Positions 15,036 to 32,650 of a DNA stretch of 64,000 bases are shown here, piece after piece; position 1 is the stretch's first letter, and every line of letters begins with the position of its first letter. Source of the stretch: Eledone cirrhosa (lineage: Eukaryota); the NCBI GenBank assembly GCA_964016885.1, contig OZ024740.1, positions 229,958,001 to 230,022,000 of the forward strand, in the 5' to 3' direction. Under the pieces are notes generated by a model, which made no database searches, was not told the DNA's origin, and saw only the letters and a program-made list of their open reading frames with translations. Position numbers and translations under genes: made by a program.

Positions 15036-15314
15036 CAATCAGGTTTCCTTTATTTTTCAGCATAATAGTCGCAATATTTTACAGTATTAATTACAGTAAT
15101 TATTTTCTGATAGGCGTCATCGTTGTGACATTTTAGTGGAAATTAAATTTGTATAACAATTACTTAACAAACATCCAGATTATATGGATGACACCAAGGA
15201 ACGTAACGTTGCTTCTGTTATGTTTATAGGGTCAATTATATGACATTACGTCGACAGATTCAACCAAGTGGTGCTTAGCATATATATATATATATATTTG
15301 TGTGTGTATGTATG

Positions 15315-15351
<37 letters not shown>

Positions 15352-15358
15352 TTATATA

Positions 15359-15433
<75 letters not shown>

Positions 15434-15437
<4 letters not shown>

Positions 15438-15632
15438 CGAAAGAAATGTGGTAAGGAACCCCCGATGGACCATAACGCACCAAAGTACTCAATACTTAGG
15501 GTAGTAAAGTGGGTAATAGGAACGAGTAGGACCCCGACGGCTGAGCGCAAGCGGTTTCGACGGCTAATTCAGTACAGAATTAGCCGTCGAAACGGCTTGA
15601 GTTCAGCCGTCGGGGTCCTACTCGTTCCTATA
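15434..15632. mobile_element. Family B fold-back copy
   Basis: Tail plus HHR 3' half, folded at gctaattc-agtaca-gaattagc; (TA)n on both sides. Confidence 0.88.
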
Positions 15633-15655
15633 TATATATATATATATGTGTATAT

Positions 15656-15718
<63 letters not shown>

Positions 15719-15934
15719 TGTATATATATGTGCGTGTGTGTGTGTGTGTACTTATATGCATATGCGTATAAGTATATGTCTATGTGTGCGTATATATAAT
15801 ATATATACATGCACACACACACACACACACACATATACATATATATATATATATGTATGTATAAGTAAATATATATGTGTGTGTATGTATGTATATATAT
15901 AAATGTGTACACACATAAATATGTATATAAATAC

Positions 15935-15969
<35 letters not shown>

Positions 15970-16388
15970 AGTGTGTTCTGTTATTAATTCTGGCAATATT
16001 ACACAAATATGACCCTCCCCAAGTATATATATATATATATATACACATATATACACACGCACACACACACAGATATACATACATACATGCATACATACAT
16101 ACATACATACATACATACATACATACATACATACATACATACATACATACATACATACATACATACATACATACATACATAAATTGTCTCCAACGTAGCC
16201 TAGCATGTGTAATTAATATCTTCCGGTTGTTGAAACCTCACTCTAGCATCAAACATCATCTTGCCGGCCATTTAATGAACGGTCATATAATAGCTTTAAA
16301 AAATTCAGACATGGCGGGTGAAAATAATTGTCTGAATCTGTGTATGTGATGTGTTTGTGATTGAGTTTGTGTTTGGGTTTGGTGTTTG

Positions 16389-16422
<34 letters not shown>

Positions 16423-16494
16423 TGTTTGTTTGTATGCGAGCGTGTGTGTGTGTGTGTGTGTGTGTGCGGCCATCTACTTTTATGCATGTCAATT

Positions 16495-16657
16495 TGTAAG
16501 GGTCGGACATGCTTTCCAGCATAGTTACGTCCCTTTATGATCTGATTTCAAATCCCGCCCAGGTTAACTTAGCCTTTCATCCATACGGGGTCGATAAAAT
16601 AAAGTACCAGTAATGTACTGTGGGTAATTGCTGGCCTTGTGCCAAAAGTAGAAACAA
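16495..16657 (+). mobile_element. tRNA-derived SINE with Nin-like central domain
   Basis: B-box-like sequence; gcctttcatcc..ggggtcgataaaat.aagtacc. Confidence 0.8.
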
Positions 16658-16725
16658 AAATGATGTATGTATGCATGAATGTGTTTGAAGTTACGTTTTG
16701 TAGTGGAGACGCGCCTATAATATAT

Positions 16726-16794
<69 letters not shown>

Positions 16795-17018
16795 AATATA
16801 ATTTCAGCGAGATCGTATTTCGGCGGTGGCCAAAAACAAAGCGGAACGCAAATTTCGAGATATGCGGCAAGCGCTCAATGGACTAAAAGAAGACCAGAGC
16901 AATTAACATACGTTATAGAGGCCAGACAAAATGAAAACGGTAGTCTTGAAGCTATCAGCCGCCTGAGCCAAAAAAAAACGAAGCAAGCTAAACAGGTTAA
17001 CAAAAGAATTTGTATATA

Positions 17019-18627
<1,609 letters not shown>

Positions 18628-18629
<2 letters not shown>

Positions 18630-19612
18630 TTTCATTTATTAGCCACAAGGGCCGACATGTAGGGGACAATACAAAGACAGGGACAGTGGGGGTTTACAAT
18701 AAGGTCGAGTAAAAATGCATAATGGCAAGACTAATTTAACAATGAAAATATAAAAATATAAAATAAACTATGCATAAATATAACAAAATAAATTCCCCTA
18801 TAGGGGGTGGACGACCCTGGGGTGATTCGGGTACCCCACCAATCCTGAACCACCCTGCGCTTCTAGGGCACCCAGGGAGAGCACCCCTCTCCTCAAGTTA
18901 GCTAGCCTATAGGCGCATGGTCAGAGTAGGCCCATTCACACGAGCCATTCTCGCCACATTCACCCACCTTTTAGCAAATGTACTGGGGGGCAGCACTTCT
19001 CTCTCCTCCCTCACCTTCCTATCCAGGTGAAACTTGAAGAAGTTGATGAGGGATTGGCCGAAGAGAAAAGTGTCTATCTTCAGTCCTTTCAACCTGGTCC
19101 ACCATATAATATCTTTCGCAACTGCCACCAGACAGAGGAACATTTCCTGCTCTTCCTGACAAAAGGAAGGCGGCGGGTCGATCTTCACTATGGACTCGGC
19201 CGATAGCCGGATTCGTTCCACACGCGACAGTAGCTGTTCGACATAACTCCACAAGTCAGTAATGCACGGACATTGGACAAGTGCGTGCAGAACAGTTTCG
19301 TCGTTCTGTGCGCATCTTGGGCAGGTCCGTCTGACAGCACTTCCGTGCCTGTAGAGTTTATTCCGAACCGGAAGTGCCCCCCCGGTAGCACTGACAAGCG
19401 AGGGATTTCTGGAAATTGTCCATCGTCCCCGGCTCAAAAGTCCTCCGGTACAGACTGGTCAGTTCGACTTCGTCGAGGCCCAAAGCTTCTCCGAGTGCGT
19501 CATCGCACTTGCCCACCACTAATCCTCTATAGAACTCGAGAGTGGAAGTTCCACTGATCGCATTGCCCGCTTGGTAGAGGGCAGTGAGTGCCTGGCAACA
19601 TTCCAGGTGCCA
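18628..19612 (-). mobile_element. 3' fragment of an L1/Tx1 LINE (zf-RVT region plus 3' UTR)
   Basis: GALPVR..CPRC...ETVLHAL..C; homologous to 57392-58180. Confidence 0.9.
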
Positions 19613-19648
19613 GAATAATAAATGTGGAGAAGCGGCACACGAGTTGGG

Positions 19649-19743
<95 letters not shown>

Positions 19744-20779
19744 ACGGAGAAAAAGACGATTATTAGGAAGAAAAATATGTTTTTTTCCTTTTTATTTTTG
19801 TCTTTTTTCTGGGTTAGAAAATGTTTAAAACAAAATATTTTACTTTGTGTGAAGTGTTGAGGTATTAGTTAATTTATTTATTAATTAACAATGGCATTTA
19901 TTTATTTATTTATATATTTAATAATTGTCTATTACCGGTTTCAGCATTTTATGCATTATCAAAAGGGGGGAATATGTATTGGTGTAAAATGGTGATGTTG
20001 AACATGTTAAGGAAATGGTGAAGAAAGAATAATGTTATTTATTGAACTAAAAAGAAAAAAGAAAAAAAAAGGGGGTAATGTGGAACATGATAAGGTAATG
20101 GGAAATAAAAAATAATATTATTTACAGGCATAGTTCTTGAAGATAAGCAGTTCAAGATGTGTTATTATGGCAAGAGTGCTTAGTTGATCCATGATGGAGG
20201 TAAATGGTAGTCCGGGGTTTGATATGATTTCCATTTTTACAGAGTTAATATGCAGGGGGAGGTAATTCAGGGTGGTCAGGTAGATGAGAGAGAGAAGTGA
20301 GAGAGGGTATATCATTTATATAAGAAAAAGGATTAGGTAGGGTGTTAGGGAGGTAACTCTTTAGAGAAACAGGGATTTGGTTTTGGTTCATTGTTCGTTC
20401 CAGTTTTAGTTTAGTCCGAAGTTTAGTGCATTAAGTAGAGGTTGGAATTTGTTAATGAAGTACGTTTCCTTATTGGTACGATGGATGAAAGAAGTTTGTA
20501 AATGGGGAAAATTTTAAAGTTCACACCCTATAACCACGTCCATCAAATCTACACACCCTACAACAACAACAGCAGGGCTCAATACATCCACACAATACAA
20601 CATAACTTCAACAACCACCACAGCTGCACACCCTCTAACAACAACCGCAGGGGGCCAATACAACCATAAGAGACATCCAAACTTCAACAACCACCACAAC
20701 TTCCGTAGTCATTTTTTAGACACAGCACACAGACACAGGGTAACGAGATAACACAAAACACACAGGAGACACAAAATGC

Positions 20780-23048
20780 AATAAAAATCGTTAATTTAAT
20801 CTCTAAAGAATTAACAACAGACCAAATCAACATACTCTCCAAATGTCTAAAATTTACACCAACTACCCAACGACCAAACTACCCCGAAATGGAGGAAGAT
20901 ATTGCAGAATTCTGTAGTAAACTAAGACTCAGCGAGCAACTACACAACAAATACAATGAGGATGACTCAATAGCCAGAAATAGAAGCAACTACACCCCAC
21001 CAAAAGGCAAGAACAAATTCCTCGATCAATTCTGCGAACACATTACTAATTACCCATAACACCACCTGCACAGACATAAACAAAAACCAAACCTAAGCAA
21101 AAAAAAATGTAATGGTCTTAACAGTCTAAAGAACGACAAAACCCTAACAATCAAAGAGGCAGATAAAGGGAGTGCAGTAGTCCTTATGAAGACAGATTAC
21201 TACACAACCCTAGTACTCTCAACTCTAGAAAACCAAACATATTACGAAAAGGCCCAACACTACACACAACAGAAAATAATGAGAAACCTAAAATCCCTAA
21301 CAACCCTTTACAAAGAAGGCCTTACCGACAAGGAATACAACTACATCACCAATTTCAAAAGCAGAACCATCCTTTTCTACGGTATCCCAAAGTCACACAA
21401 AAGCGAAGTAATAGGTAGGGCCTGCAAGCAAGTCACAGACATTTACATCAATATACCCCCTCCTGATGACCTTAAATTAAGACCCATAATAGCAGGTACC
21501 AGATGTGAAACCCACCGCCTAAGCAACTTCCTAGATATTCTGCTTAAACCTTTCCTAAAACACATAAAAAGCTTCACAAGGGACGATCTTGACATGCTCA
21601 ACCACCTCCCAACAACACTCAATAATGAACATACCATACTAGTAACCTTTGATGTCATCAATTTATATTCCAATATCCCACACAACCTAGGTATAGAGGC
21701 AATACAATTCTGGCTTGAAAATTTCCCTAGTGAACTCCCACAGCGCATACCTAAAGAATTTGTGTTGGAGGGACTCAAATTCATCTTGGAAAACAACTTC
21801 TTCGAATTCGATGCCAAATAGTATAGACAGAAATCTGGGACTGCCATGGGCACGAAAGTAGCCCCTCATACGCCAACCTTGTCATGGGATATTTGGAAAC
21901 CACTCTCTACCGCAAAGCTCTAGACAAATACGGCAACCACTTCTACCAACACATAGAAAGAATTGGAAGAGATATCTGGACGACTGCTTCATCCTCTTGC
22001 ATGAAAGTATAGATAGACTGATTGAGTTTAAAACACTTCTAAGTGGACTCAACACAAACTTACAATTCACAATGGATTACAGCCATGAACAACTCCCTTT
22101 CCTCGACATCATCATCAAGAAAACAGACACCAAAATAGAAACAGACATATACTACAAAGCCACAGACTCCAAACAATACCTTCCATTCAACTCGTGCCAC
22201 CCTCGCCATACCAAAATGGCAATTCCTTATAACCTAGCCAGAAGGATCTGCACAATAGTTTCAAATAAATACACTTGCTACACACGACTAGAAGAATTAA
22301 AGAACACACTTATCAGCAGAAACTATCCACCATCCCTAATCAACAATGGATTCCAACGTTCCCTAAACCTCAACATACAGGAACTAAGACACCCCAAACC
22401 CAGGAATGAACCGCAACAGAAAACTCTACCATACATCTCCACACACAACCCCCTCAACAATGAGGCATTTGACACCATCCTCCAGAACATTCCTTTACTA
22501 AAAAGACCCAAGAATGAACAAAATCTTCCAAACACACAACATCATAAAGAGCAAAAGACAACCTAAATCCATAAAAAAACATCCTCACACAAGCCAAAAT
22601 CCAACCAACCCTCACAATTAACCCTACAGTAAAGAAATACGGAAGGCCCAGCTGTGGTATATGCTTAAATCTAATAGAATGTTCAACATTCCATTTTAAA
22701 CAAGGACAACATTTCACAGTTAAACACAACTTTACATGTGCATCTGAAAACCTAATCTATGTTTTGGCCTGCTCAGGTTGTCAAGAGCACTACATAGGAC
22801 AGACAAAAAACAGCCTCTGACAACATATGACCGTCCATAGATCACAAATCAAAATACAGGAATACAGAAAGATTGCGTTTAGTGAATATATCGCCAATTG
22901 TACACCTAACCAACTTCCAAACTTTAAAATTTTCCCCTTTTACAAATTCATAGACAACGCTTCTTTCATCCATCGTACCAATAAGGAAACGTACTTCATT
23001 AATAAATTCCAACCTCTACTTAATGCACTAAACTTCGGACTAAACTAA
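20780..23048 (+). pseudogene. Disrupted PLE RT + Cys-rich linker + GIY-YIG ORF
   Basis: LKFTPT, ADKGSAVV, FYGIPKSHK, LRPII, FDVINLYSNIPH, GTAMG, RYLDD, LPFLD, SCHP, FTC.SENLIY..C..C..YIGQT. Confidence 0.92.
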
Positions 23049-23487
23049 AACTGGAACGAACAATGAACCAAAACCAAATCCCTGTTTCTCTAAAGAGTTA
23101 CCTCCCTAACACCCTACCTAATCCTTTTTCTTATATAAATTGTATACCCTCTCTCACTTCTCTCTCATCTACCTGACCACCCTGAATTACCTCCCCCTGC
23201 ATATTAACTCTCTAAAAAGGGAAATCATATCAAACCCCGGACTACCATTTACCTCCATCATGGATCAACTGAGCACTCTTGCCATAATAACACATCTTGA
23301 ACTGCTTATCTTCAAGAACTATGCCTGTAAATAATATTATTTTTTATTTCCCATTACCTTATTATGTTCCACATTTCCCCCCCCCCCCCCTTTTTTTTCT
23401 TTTCAGTTCAATAAATAACATTATTCTTTCTTCACCATTTCCTTAACATGTTCAACATCACCATTTTACACCAATACATATTCCCCC

Positions 23488-23525
23488 GTTTTTGATAATG
23501 CATAAAATGCTGAAACCGGTAATAG
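23488..23525 (+). ncRNA. U3-A8 hammerhead-like motif in pLTR (mirror copy 19929-19966 minus)
   Basis: TTGATAA-t-gcat-aaa-atgc-t-GAAA-ccgg-TA; stem I is weak. Confidence 0.6.
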
Positions 23526-23709
23526 ACAATTATTAAATATATAAATAAATAAATAAATGCCATTGTTAATTAATAAATAAATTAACTAATACCTCAACAC
23601 TTCACACAAAGTAAAATATTTTGTTTTAAACATTTTCTAACCCAGAAAAAAGAGAAAAATAAAAAGGAAAAAATATTTTTTTCTTCCTAATAATCGTCTT
23701 TTTCTCCGT

Positions 23710-23774
<65 letters not shown>

Positions 23775-23775
<1 letters not shown>

Positions 23776-24147
23776 TGTTTCTCCTCTTCTCACTTCACCC
23801 CGTTCGCGACGAAAACATTTTCTCTCTTTCTCACATTTGAATTCGTTCCCGAAAGGTCTTTTTTCTAAACGCTCATATATTCACCTAGCTTATGCTAACA
23901 GAATAACTATGAAGCTTGTTCCCTTCCTTCTACGGTTAGCTCTCCTCTTTGTTGTTATCTTGTCTCACTCGCTTTACGCGTTTTAATTGTCCTAATAACT
24001 TAATTTAGTTATTATTGCACCGACGTGAGGTATATGATTTTTAATGCAATGAAATATCTATGATCGTCGGCAAATCACTGATGAGGGACTTATTTTATTA
24101 CATGTTATCCATGTGCAACCTGCAGTATTCTTCTCCCCATTTTTTCA
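23775..24147 (+). mobile_element. Small non-coding element nested in the (TA)n of the PLE tail
   Basis: 24017-24089 is homologous to 40742-40814; the tail also occurs at ~32645-32704 (minus). Confidence 0.7.
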
Positions 24148-24221
24148 TATATATATATATATATATATATCCCAACTCGTGTGCCGCTTCTCCACATTTT
24201 ATTATTATTATTATATATATA

Positions 24222-25790
<1,569 letters not shown>

Positions 25791-26216
25791 ATATATATAT
25801 ACATAAATATATATTAGAAAAAAAACGAGGTAGTTTCCCTTACATGTATGATATATGATATTTATTGTGTATTAACCTGTTACGCGAGTTTCGCAGAGGA
25901 TTGGCTCAAGGTCACCCTTAGGATTTACAGACATGACTCCACTATCGATCTGCTTTTCAGAGTGGTGATACGACAAAAAAATATATATATTCCGCCTGTG
26001 CATATATAAAAATATATACATTCCGCCTGTACATTTTCCAATAATTACTTCTTCCGCAAATGAAACCATGGTAGGAAGGACGATATATAAGTGAGGTAGA
26101 CTATTTTTTCTTTTTTTTTAATACACAAACCTTCATACATTCAAACATACACACATACATCCATATATATACATTCACACATACATACATACACATACAT
26201 ATATATACATACAGAT

Positions 26217-26256
<40 letters not shown>

Positions 26257-26273
26257 ATACACACGTTTATATA

Positions 26274-26368
<95 letters not shown>

Positions 26369-26399
26369 ATATGTATGTATGTATGGATGGATGGATATA

Positions 26400-27890
26400 T
26401 ATCGTTCTTGTTTCTCCTTGTTTCTCCTTGCTTGTTGTGTATGTTCAGATGTCTCTTCAATCCACCACCTGATTTGCAAATTTTCTGACAAACATAGCAC
26501 TGGAACTGATTCTCTGCAACAAAGTTTGAATAGTCAACTTGTACTTTACCATCATGTGCTCGCTAGTGTGACTTCAAGCCAGCACATGAAAGGCACACCT
26601 TAGGGCACACAGGGTTTTGAAAGACAACGTTGGATGGTGGATTGGCAGTATCGGTAGAGGGTCGGACGCCATGCTTTCCAGCATAGTTACGTCCCTTTAC
26701 GATCTGAGTTCAAATCCCGCCGAGGTTGACTTTGCCTTTCATCCTTACGGGGTCGATAAAATAAAGTACCAGTAATGCACTGGGTAATTGCTGGCCTTGT
26801 GCCTAAAGTAGAAACAATTATTATTACTGTTGGTCTCATTCTTCCACACTTCTCTTTTCAGTTCTGCATGTTTTGCCCTCTCCATTTCAAATACTTTAAC
26901 TCTATTCCAAATGGCATTTCTCCAGGCCACGCTATCTGCTGCCCACGATTCAAAGTTTTTGTAGGATATGTTAAAGCATTTTAAGTTAGCTTTTAGAGAG
27001 TTTCTGTATCTTCTCCGTGGCTTATTTCACCTTTTGCCCAGCTTGAGTTTACCACAAAACATTTTCTTGTCACCCATACGAATCATGTGACCTGTCCATC
27101 TTAACTGATTCCTAATAAGCATAGCTTGAGTAGATGTAGCTTTGGACCTAGGAAGAATTTCAGTGTCTGGAAAGAATGTGTTCCAGCTTACTTCGAGTAT
27201 ATGCCGGAGGCATTTTTAGTGAAACTGTTCCACCATTTTAACATACCGTGTGTACAACATCCATGACTCAGATGAATACAATACCACGGAGAGTACAAAT
27301 ACCGCAATCTTAGTGTCCAATTTAATGTGACATTATGACCAGATTTTAATTTCTAGTCCACCACAGGCTTTTACTGTCTTTTGTATACGAGATGTGATTT
27401 CAGTACCCAATTTGCCATCAGCTTGTATCCCACTGCTAAGATATTCAAAGAAGGTCACCGTCCTTATCATCGTGCCATTAACGAGGATTCGAGGTGCAGT
27501 TGCCTGCTCCCCAGGGGCAGGTTAATGCATTACAAGTCTTTTTAAAATTAATTATACGACCGGATACATCACAAGCAGCGTAGAAATCACAGATCAAGCC
27601 TTGCAAATGCTCCTCAGTATGACTTATTAGGTCGAAGTCATCTACATATAGAAGGTCTCGGATCAAAGAGAGGAAGAATTTAGAGTTGAATCTCATTCTA
27701 GTATGATTGGATGGCTGTTGACTCTCCTGAGTTCCTCCGTCCTTTGTTGGGTCTTGTTTTTCGTACCGCAGGATGTCCAAAATCCCTCTCCTTACGAAAC
27801 AATCTTGGTGGGATTGCCGGTTTAGTCGGCGGTGACTCGACCATCCAGCAGGTTGTAATGGATTGCATGTTAGAGTTGCTGAGCGACCTG
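26400..27890 (-). mobile_element. Degenerate RTE-clade LINE, internally deleted, interrupted by a SINE
   Basis: LLYVDD; LYSSESW; QFH.KCLRHIL; QLRWTGH..RM; WR.AI; C2H2-like C-terminus; RTE-type 5' UTR at 27716-27890. Confidence 0.85.
26632..26826 (+). mobile_element. Full-length tRNA/Nin-domain SINE
   Basis: A box TGGCAGTATCGG, B box GAGTTCAAATCC, Nin-like core, (ATT)n tail. Confidence 0.88.
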
Positions 27891-27913
27891 ATACATACAT
27901 ACATAAATACATA

Positions 27914-28528
27914 ATGGCTACCCCCTCGTTATCGAGTATGGCCATTGCACGATATAACATTATTAATAATTATCAATTAATGCTATCGTGCAATGCCTGT
28001 GGGTGAAGATTTTTTTTTAAGTGAGGAAAGACTGTGCACTGAGCCAATCCCACTCTCTGAGCGACAGTAGCTATAAACCGAAATAAAGAAAAGATCAACA
28101 TCATCGGTAACTACTGAGCCGCAGGTTTTATATCAGAGTTATCCCAGTTTCCTGAGTTGCCTTCTCCTAGAAGAATGCCCTGACAAAGGCTAGGGGTCCT
28201 TCACTCCCAGTGGTTTAACCGCGCAATCAGGTGTCCAGCCCGACTATTTCTATGTCCCCGCGCATATACATACCCATGTATATACACATATACATATACA
28301 CACATATGTACATGTTTATATACATATTTACACACTGTTGGATGGCCGTTGACTCTTATGAGTTCTTCCGCCCTTTGTCAGGTTTTGTTTTTTGTTCTGC
28401 AGGCTGTCCAAAATCACCCTCCTCACCAAGTAAACTTCGTGGGGTTGCCGGTTTAGTCACCGACTACCCGACCAATGACAGGTTGTACTGGGTTACATGT
28501 TACCAGTAGCACTCAAGAGTGACCCGAC
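27914..28528 (-). mobile_element. Diverged bipartite RTE-derived non-autonomous element
   Basis: Same termini as 28598-29205. Confidence 0.7.
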
Positions 28529-28597
28529 ATACATACGTACATACATACATACATACATACATACATACATACATACATACATACATACATACATACA

Positions 28598-29205
28598 TGG
28601 TGGCTGCCAACTCGTTTTCGAGTACGGCCACTACTTTATATCCATGTAGGAGAACCCCTACCAATGCGCTGAACGAGTGAGACTTTTTAGTCCAGCCAGC
28701 GACTTGAAAACTCTGGTACAAACACTACACCTGTGACAATTATTGACACATAGTGCTGGGCCCATGGTACCATGTGACGACAAGTGCAGAGAGATCTCCA
28801 GATATAAAGCAATGCCTGTGCCGTGAAGCTTTTATAGTGAGCAAAGGCACTGCACAAAGCCAGTCCCACTCTCTTAACCAAGATAATATTTACCAAAAAG
28901 AAGAACAAGTCAACATCATTGGATACCATCAGGGTTGCAGGTGTTATATCAGAGTTTTCCTTCTCCTAGAATTCTGCCTTGACAAAGGCTAAGGGGTCAT
29001 CTCTCCCAGTGATTTTGGATGGCCATTGACTCTAAAGAGCTCCTTTGCCCTTTGACAGGTTTTGTTTTTAGTCCTGCAGGATGTCCAAAGTCACCCTCCT
29101 CACCAAGAAACCTTGGTGGGGTTGCCAGTTTAGTCGCCAACGACCCGACCATGGGACAGGTTGTACTGGGATACATGTTACCAGTAGCACCAACTGGTGA
29201 CCTGA
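28598..29205 (-). mobile_element. Bipartite RTE-derived non-autonomous element in (TACA)n
   Basis: Head matches the RTE 5' UTR at 27716-27890; ctaggagaaggaaaact motif; 3' hairpin ctcg-aaaa-cgag; near-identical copy at 54549-55160. Confidence 0.8.
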
Positions 29206-29297
29206 CATACATACATACATACATACATACATACATACATACATACATACATTCATACATACATACATACATACATACATACATACATACATAAATA

Positions 29298-30085
29298 CGT
29301 CACCCATGTCATAAGCAGCTGTCCAAAGATGTCATCGCGGTACTATCTACCTATGAGGTATGATGTAGTGGCCAAAACACTGTACAATGCAATCCGTAGA
29401 AAAGATATCCCCGATAATAAACACATTAAAAGCTACAGCAATGTGGAAAACATCATATACATAATATGAAAGAGTACTGGAGGAATGTTCCAGTAAAAAC
29501 CCAAATAAAATGAAGGCATAACAGACCAGATATTATGATATGGGACAGGGAAAAAAAGGCATGCACAGTAGTGGAAATTAGCTGTCCAGCAGATGCCAAT
29601 ATAATATCAAAGATAGGCGAAAATGAGAATATTTATATTAAACTAATGAGAAATCTGCAGATACTCCTCCCTGATTACACCTTCAGATTCATGCCTGTGA
29701 TTATTGGGGCACTGGGATATGTTAGTAACTGCCTCAATACAAATCTTGAGAAGCTGGGCTTCACAGGAACAGAAAGAACACAACTAGTTAGGAAATTACA
29801 AGTACAATCCATTAATGGAACAGTAAAAATATGTAAAATATTCCAAAAATTTTGCATCTAATAACTGCATATACACATGTACAGATACAAAGCATATACA
29901 CATGCACACATACAACTCAAAATATACACATCCACACATACAATGACATCCATATCTACACATGCATACATACATATCTACCTAGTTGATGTTGTGTAAA
30001 TTCCAATGAGAGGGTCTTGTAACTATGTTAGAAACCGACTTTCTCTCTATTGGCAAAAAGTTGTGTAATTATAAAACCAGAAGAA
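29298..30085 (+). mobile_element. 5'-truncated R4-clade RLE retrotransposon in (TACA)n
   Basis: HVISSC..YLPMRYD; HNRPDIMIWD..VEISCP; PVIIGALG; stop at 29861. Confidence 0.85.
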
Positions 30086-30311
30086 CATATATATATATAC
30101 ATATATGCATACATACACATGTATGTACATACATATAACATACACATATACATACATACATACATAGAGACAAGCATGAATACATGCATTCACACATACA
30201 TACGCACAGACATATACACACATACATACATACATAATGTACATACATACATATATATATATACATATATATATACACATATATATATATATATATATAT
30301 ACATATATATG

Positions 30312-30523
<212 letters not shown>

Positions 30524-30947
30524 CATACACACACACACATACATATAGATACATATATACACATATATTTACATATATACACATACACACACACATATAT
30601 ACATACATACATACACACACATGCATACATACACACGTACATACATACATACATACATACATACATACATACATACATACACACACAGACACATATATGT
30701 ATACATACATATATACATACAATCCACCCATATATACATACATTATAAAAGCTATTGTTTGAATGGAAATACTACAAGTCCAATGCAAGGACAGCGATAT
30801 TATTTCAGTGAAGCGGATTAAATGGATGCTTCTAGAAATATCACTTAAACGAGAGCTAAGTAACAATGTCTACTTTATAGGTATTCACGTTAGCTATATA
30901 TCTGTCCCTTTCTGTCTTTCTATCTCATTCATGCCCCCCCCCCCTCC

Positions 30948-30993
<46 letters not shown>

Positions 30994-31065
30994 ATGTACA
31001 ATATATCTTTGTGTGTGTATGTATGTTTATATATATATAAACATATATGTCAGGGTCCTGAATCT

Positions 31066-31111
<46 letters not shown>

Positions 31112-31142
31112 GCAACCCCGTTCTTCCCCCAACCCTTACTTT

Positions 31143-31203
<61 letters not shown>

Positions 31204-31522
31204 ACACCTACACACACACACCACCTTCAGCCCTCCCCGCTCGGACACCCCGTCTCCCTCTCCCCACTCCACCCGCCACCCCACCCCCTACACACCCCAC
31301 ACCCTTCCACCACCTGCTTTACCCCCCTTTTAATTTCAGTTTATTTTGATCATGCTTTTATATTTAAATTTATTTCATTCCTTGTATTTTGATCATGCTT
31401 TATTTTTATTTTTATCTTTATTTTTTTATTTTTTCATTTTTTCATTCGCACCGTTTCCTTTCGCTATATGTCTCTTCACCACTCCCCTACACACCCTTTG
31501 AACTCTGTTCCCACACACTTCT

Positions 31523-31555
31523 CACCTGAGGAAGGGCTTATGCCCGAAACGTCGT
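31523..31555 (+). ncRNA. Minimal type I hammerhead ribozyme
   Basis: ac-CTGAGGA-a-gggc-ttat-gccc-GAAA-cg-TC-gt; short stem I; AATAAA at ~31593. Confidence 0.72.
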
Positions 31556-31643
31556 CCCCCACCAACACCCCACTCTCCAGAGCGGGAAATTAATAAACAT
31601 TCGTTGTACTGCCTCTCTGTTTTGTCCCTGTTCAAATTTTTCC

Positions 31644-31688
<45 letters not shown>

Positions 31689-31954
31689 ATGTATATATAT
31701 ATATATAAATACATATATGTTTATATATATATATACACATATATATATTATATATGCTAGCAGAAAAACCACCCTTCGGGTGGTTTTCTGCTAGCATGTG
31801 TAGTGTGTATATTGATATTATACACCAATATATATGCATGTAATTATGATACATCAAATAAAATCGTAATTGACAATATACACAGAAATTGAACAAAGCC
31901 TATGTTACGCTGTCTTCTGTAATCGGTAATCCATGATATATAAAAAAAAAAAGA

Positions 31955-32100
31955 CTTCCAGCATAGTTACGTCCCTTTACGGTCTGAGTTCAAATCCTGT
32001 CGAGGTTAACTTTGCCTTTCATCCTTACGGGGTCGATAAAATAAAGTATCAGTAATGTACTGTGTAATTGCTGGCCTTGTGCCAAACATAGAAACAATTA
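31955..32100 (+). mobile_element. Nin-domain SINE, 5' truncated
   Basis: Matches 26632-26826. Confidence 0.85.
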
Positions 32101-32296
32101 TATATAAACTGCATTAGGAAAAAATTAGCGACGGAAATATATGCGATTATAAGTGTTATAATATAACGGCCGCTAACCGGAAGTGTTGACATTTGATAAT
32201 TTTAAAGAAGTGAATTTTAAAGATTAAGCTATAAAATATATTCAACAACCACGAAATTTAGCACATAAATTATGTAATATTCATTCATTATTTAGA

Positions 32297-32480
32297 ATTG
32301 GCAGTATCGGTAGAGGGTCGGACGCCATGCTTTGACGCATAGAGTTACGGCCCTTGCCATTCTGAGTTCAAATCCCGCCGAGGTTAGCTTTGCCTTTCAT
32401 CCTTACGGGGTCGATAAAATAAAGTACCAGTAATACACTGGGAAATTGCTGGCCTTGTGCCAAAAGTAGAAACAATTATT
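32297..32480 (+). mobile_element. Nin-domain SINE
   Basis: Matches 26632-26826. Confidence 0.88.
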
Positions 32481-32614
32481 TATTCAAAGTAATCCAACTT
32501 ATTTTACAAACGGGGTAAAAAAAATATATTCTGGACGCAATCCCGCAGACCTTCCTTTATTATAGTTAAGATATATATGTTCGTGTGTGTCTTTCTACAT
32601 ATACACATATATAA

Positions 32615-32650
<36 letters not shown>

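Larger units (their letters stand above)
19615..24205 (+). mobile_element. Penelope-like element (Neptune-type) with inverted 5' pLTR copy
   Basis: 19737-20520 is the reverse complement of ~22917-23716, and 19615-19652 mirrors 24168-24205. RT/GIY-YIG ORF remnants lie between. Confidence 0.9.

Noticed and set aside
22818-22820. In-frame TGA in the Neptune GIY-YIG as recoding
   Set aside because: It falls at an expected Arg position; CGA>TGA decay in an already disrupted ORF.
24017-24089. SECIS-like reading of the conserved hairpin
   Set aside because: Spacing from RUGA to AA and helix II pairing do not fit, and the second copy has GGA.
26632-26720. tRNA gene
   Set aside because: A/B boxes belong to a multi-copy SINE head; no full cloverleaf.
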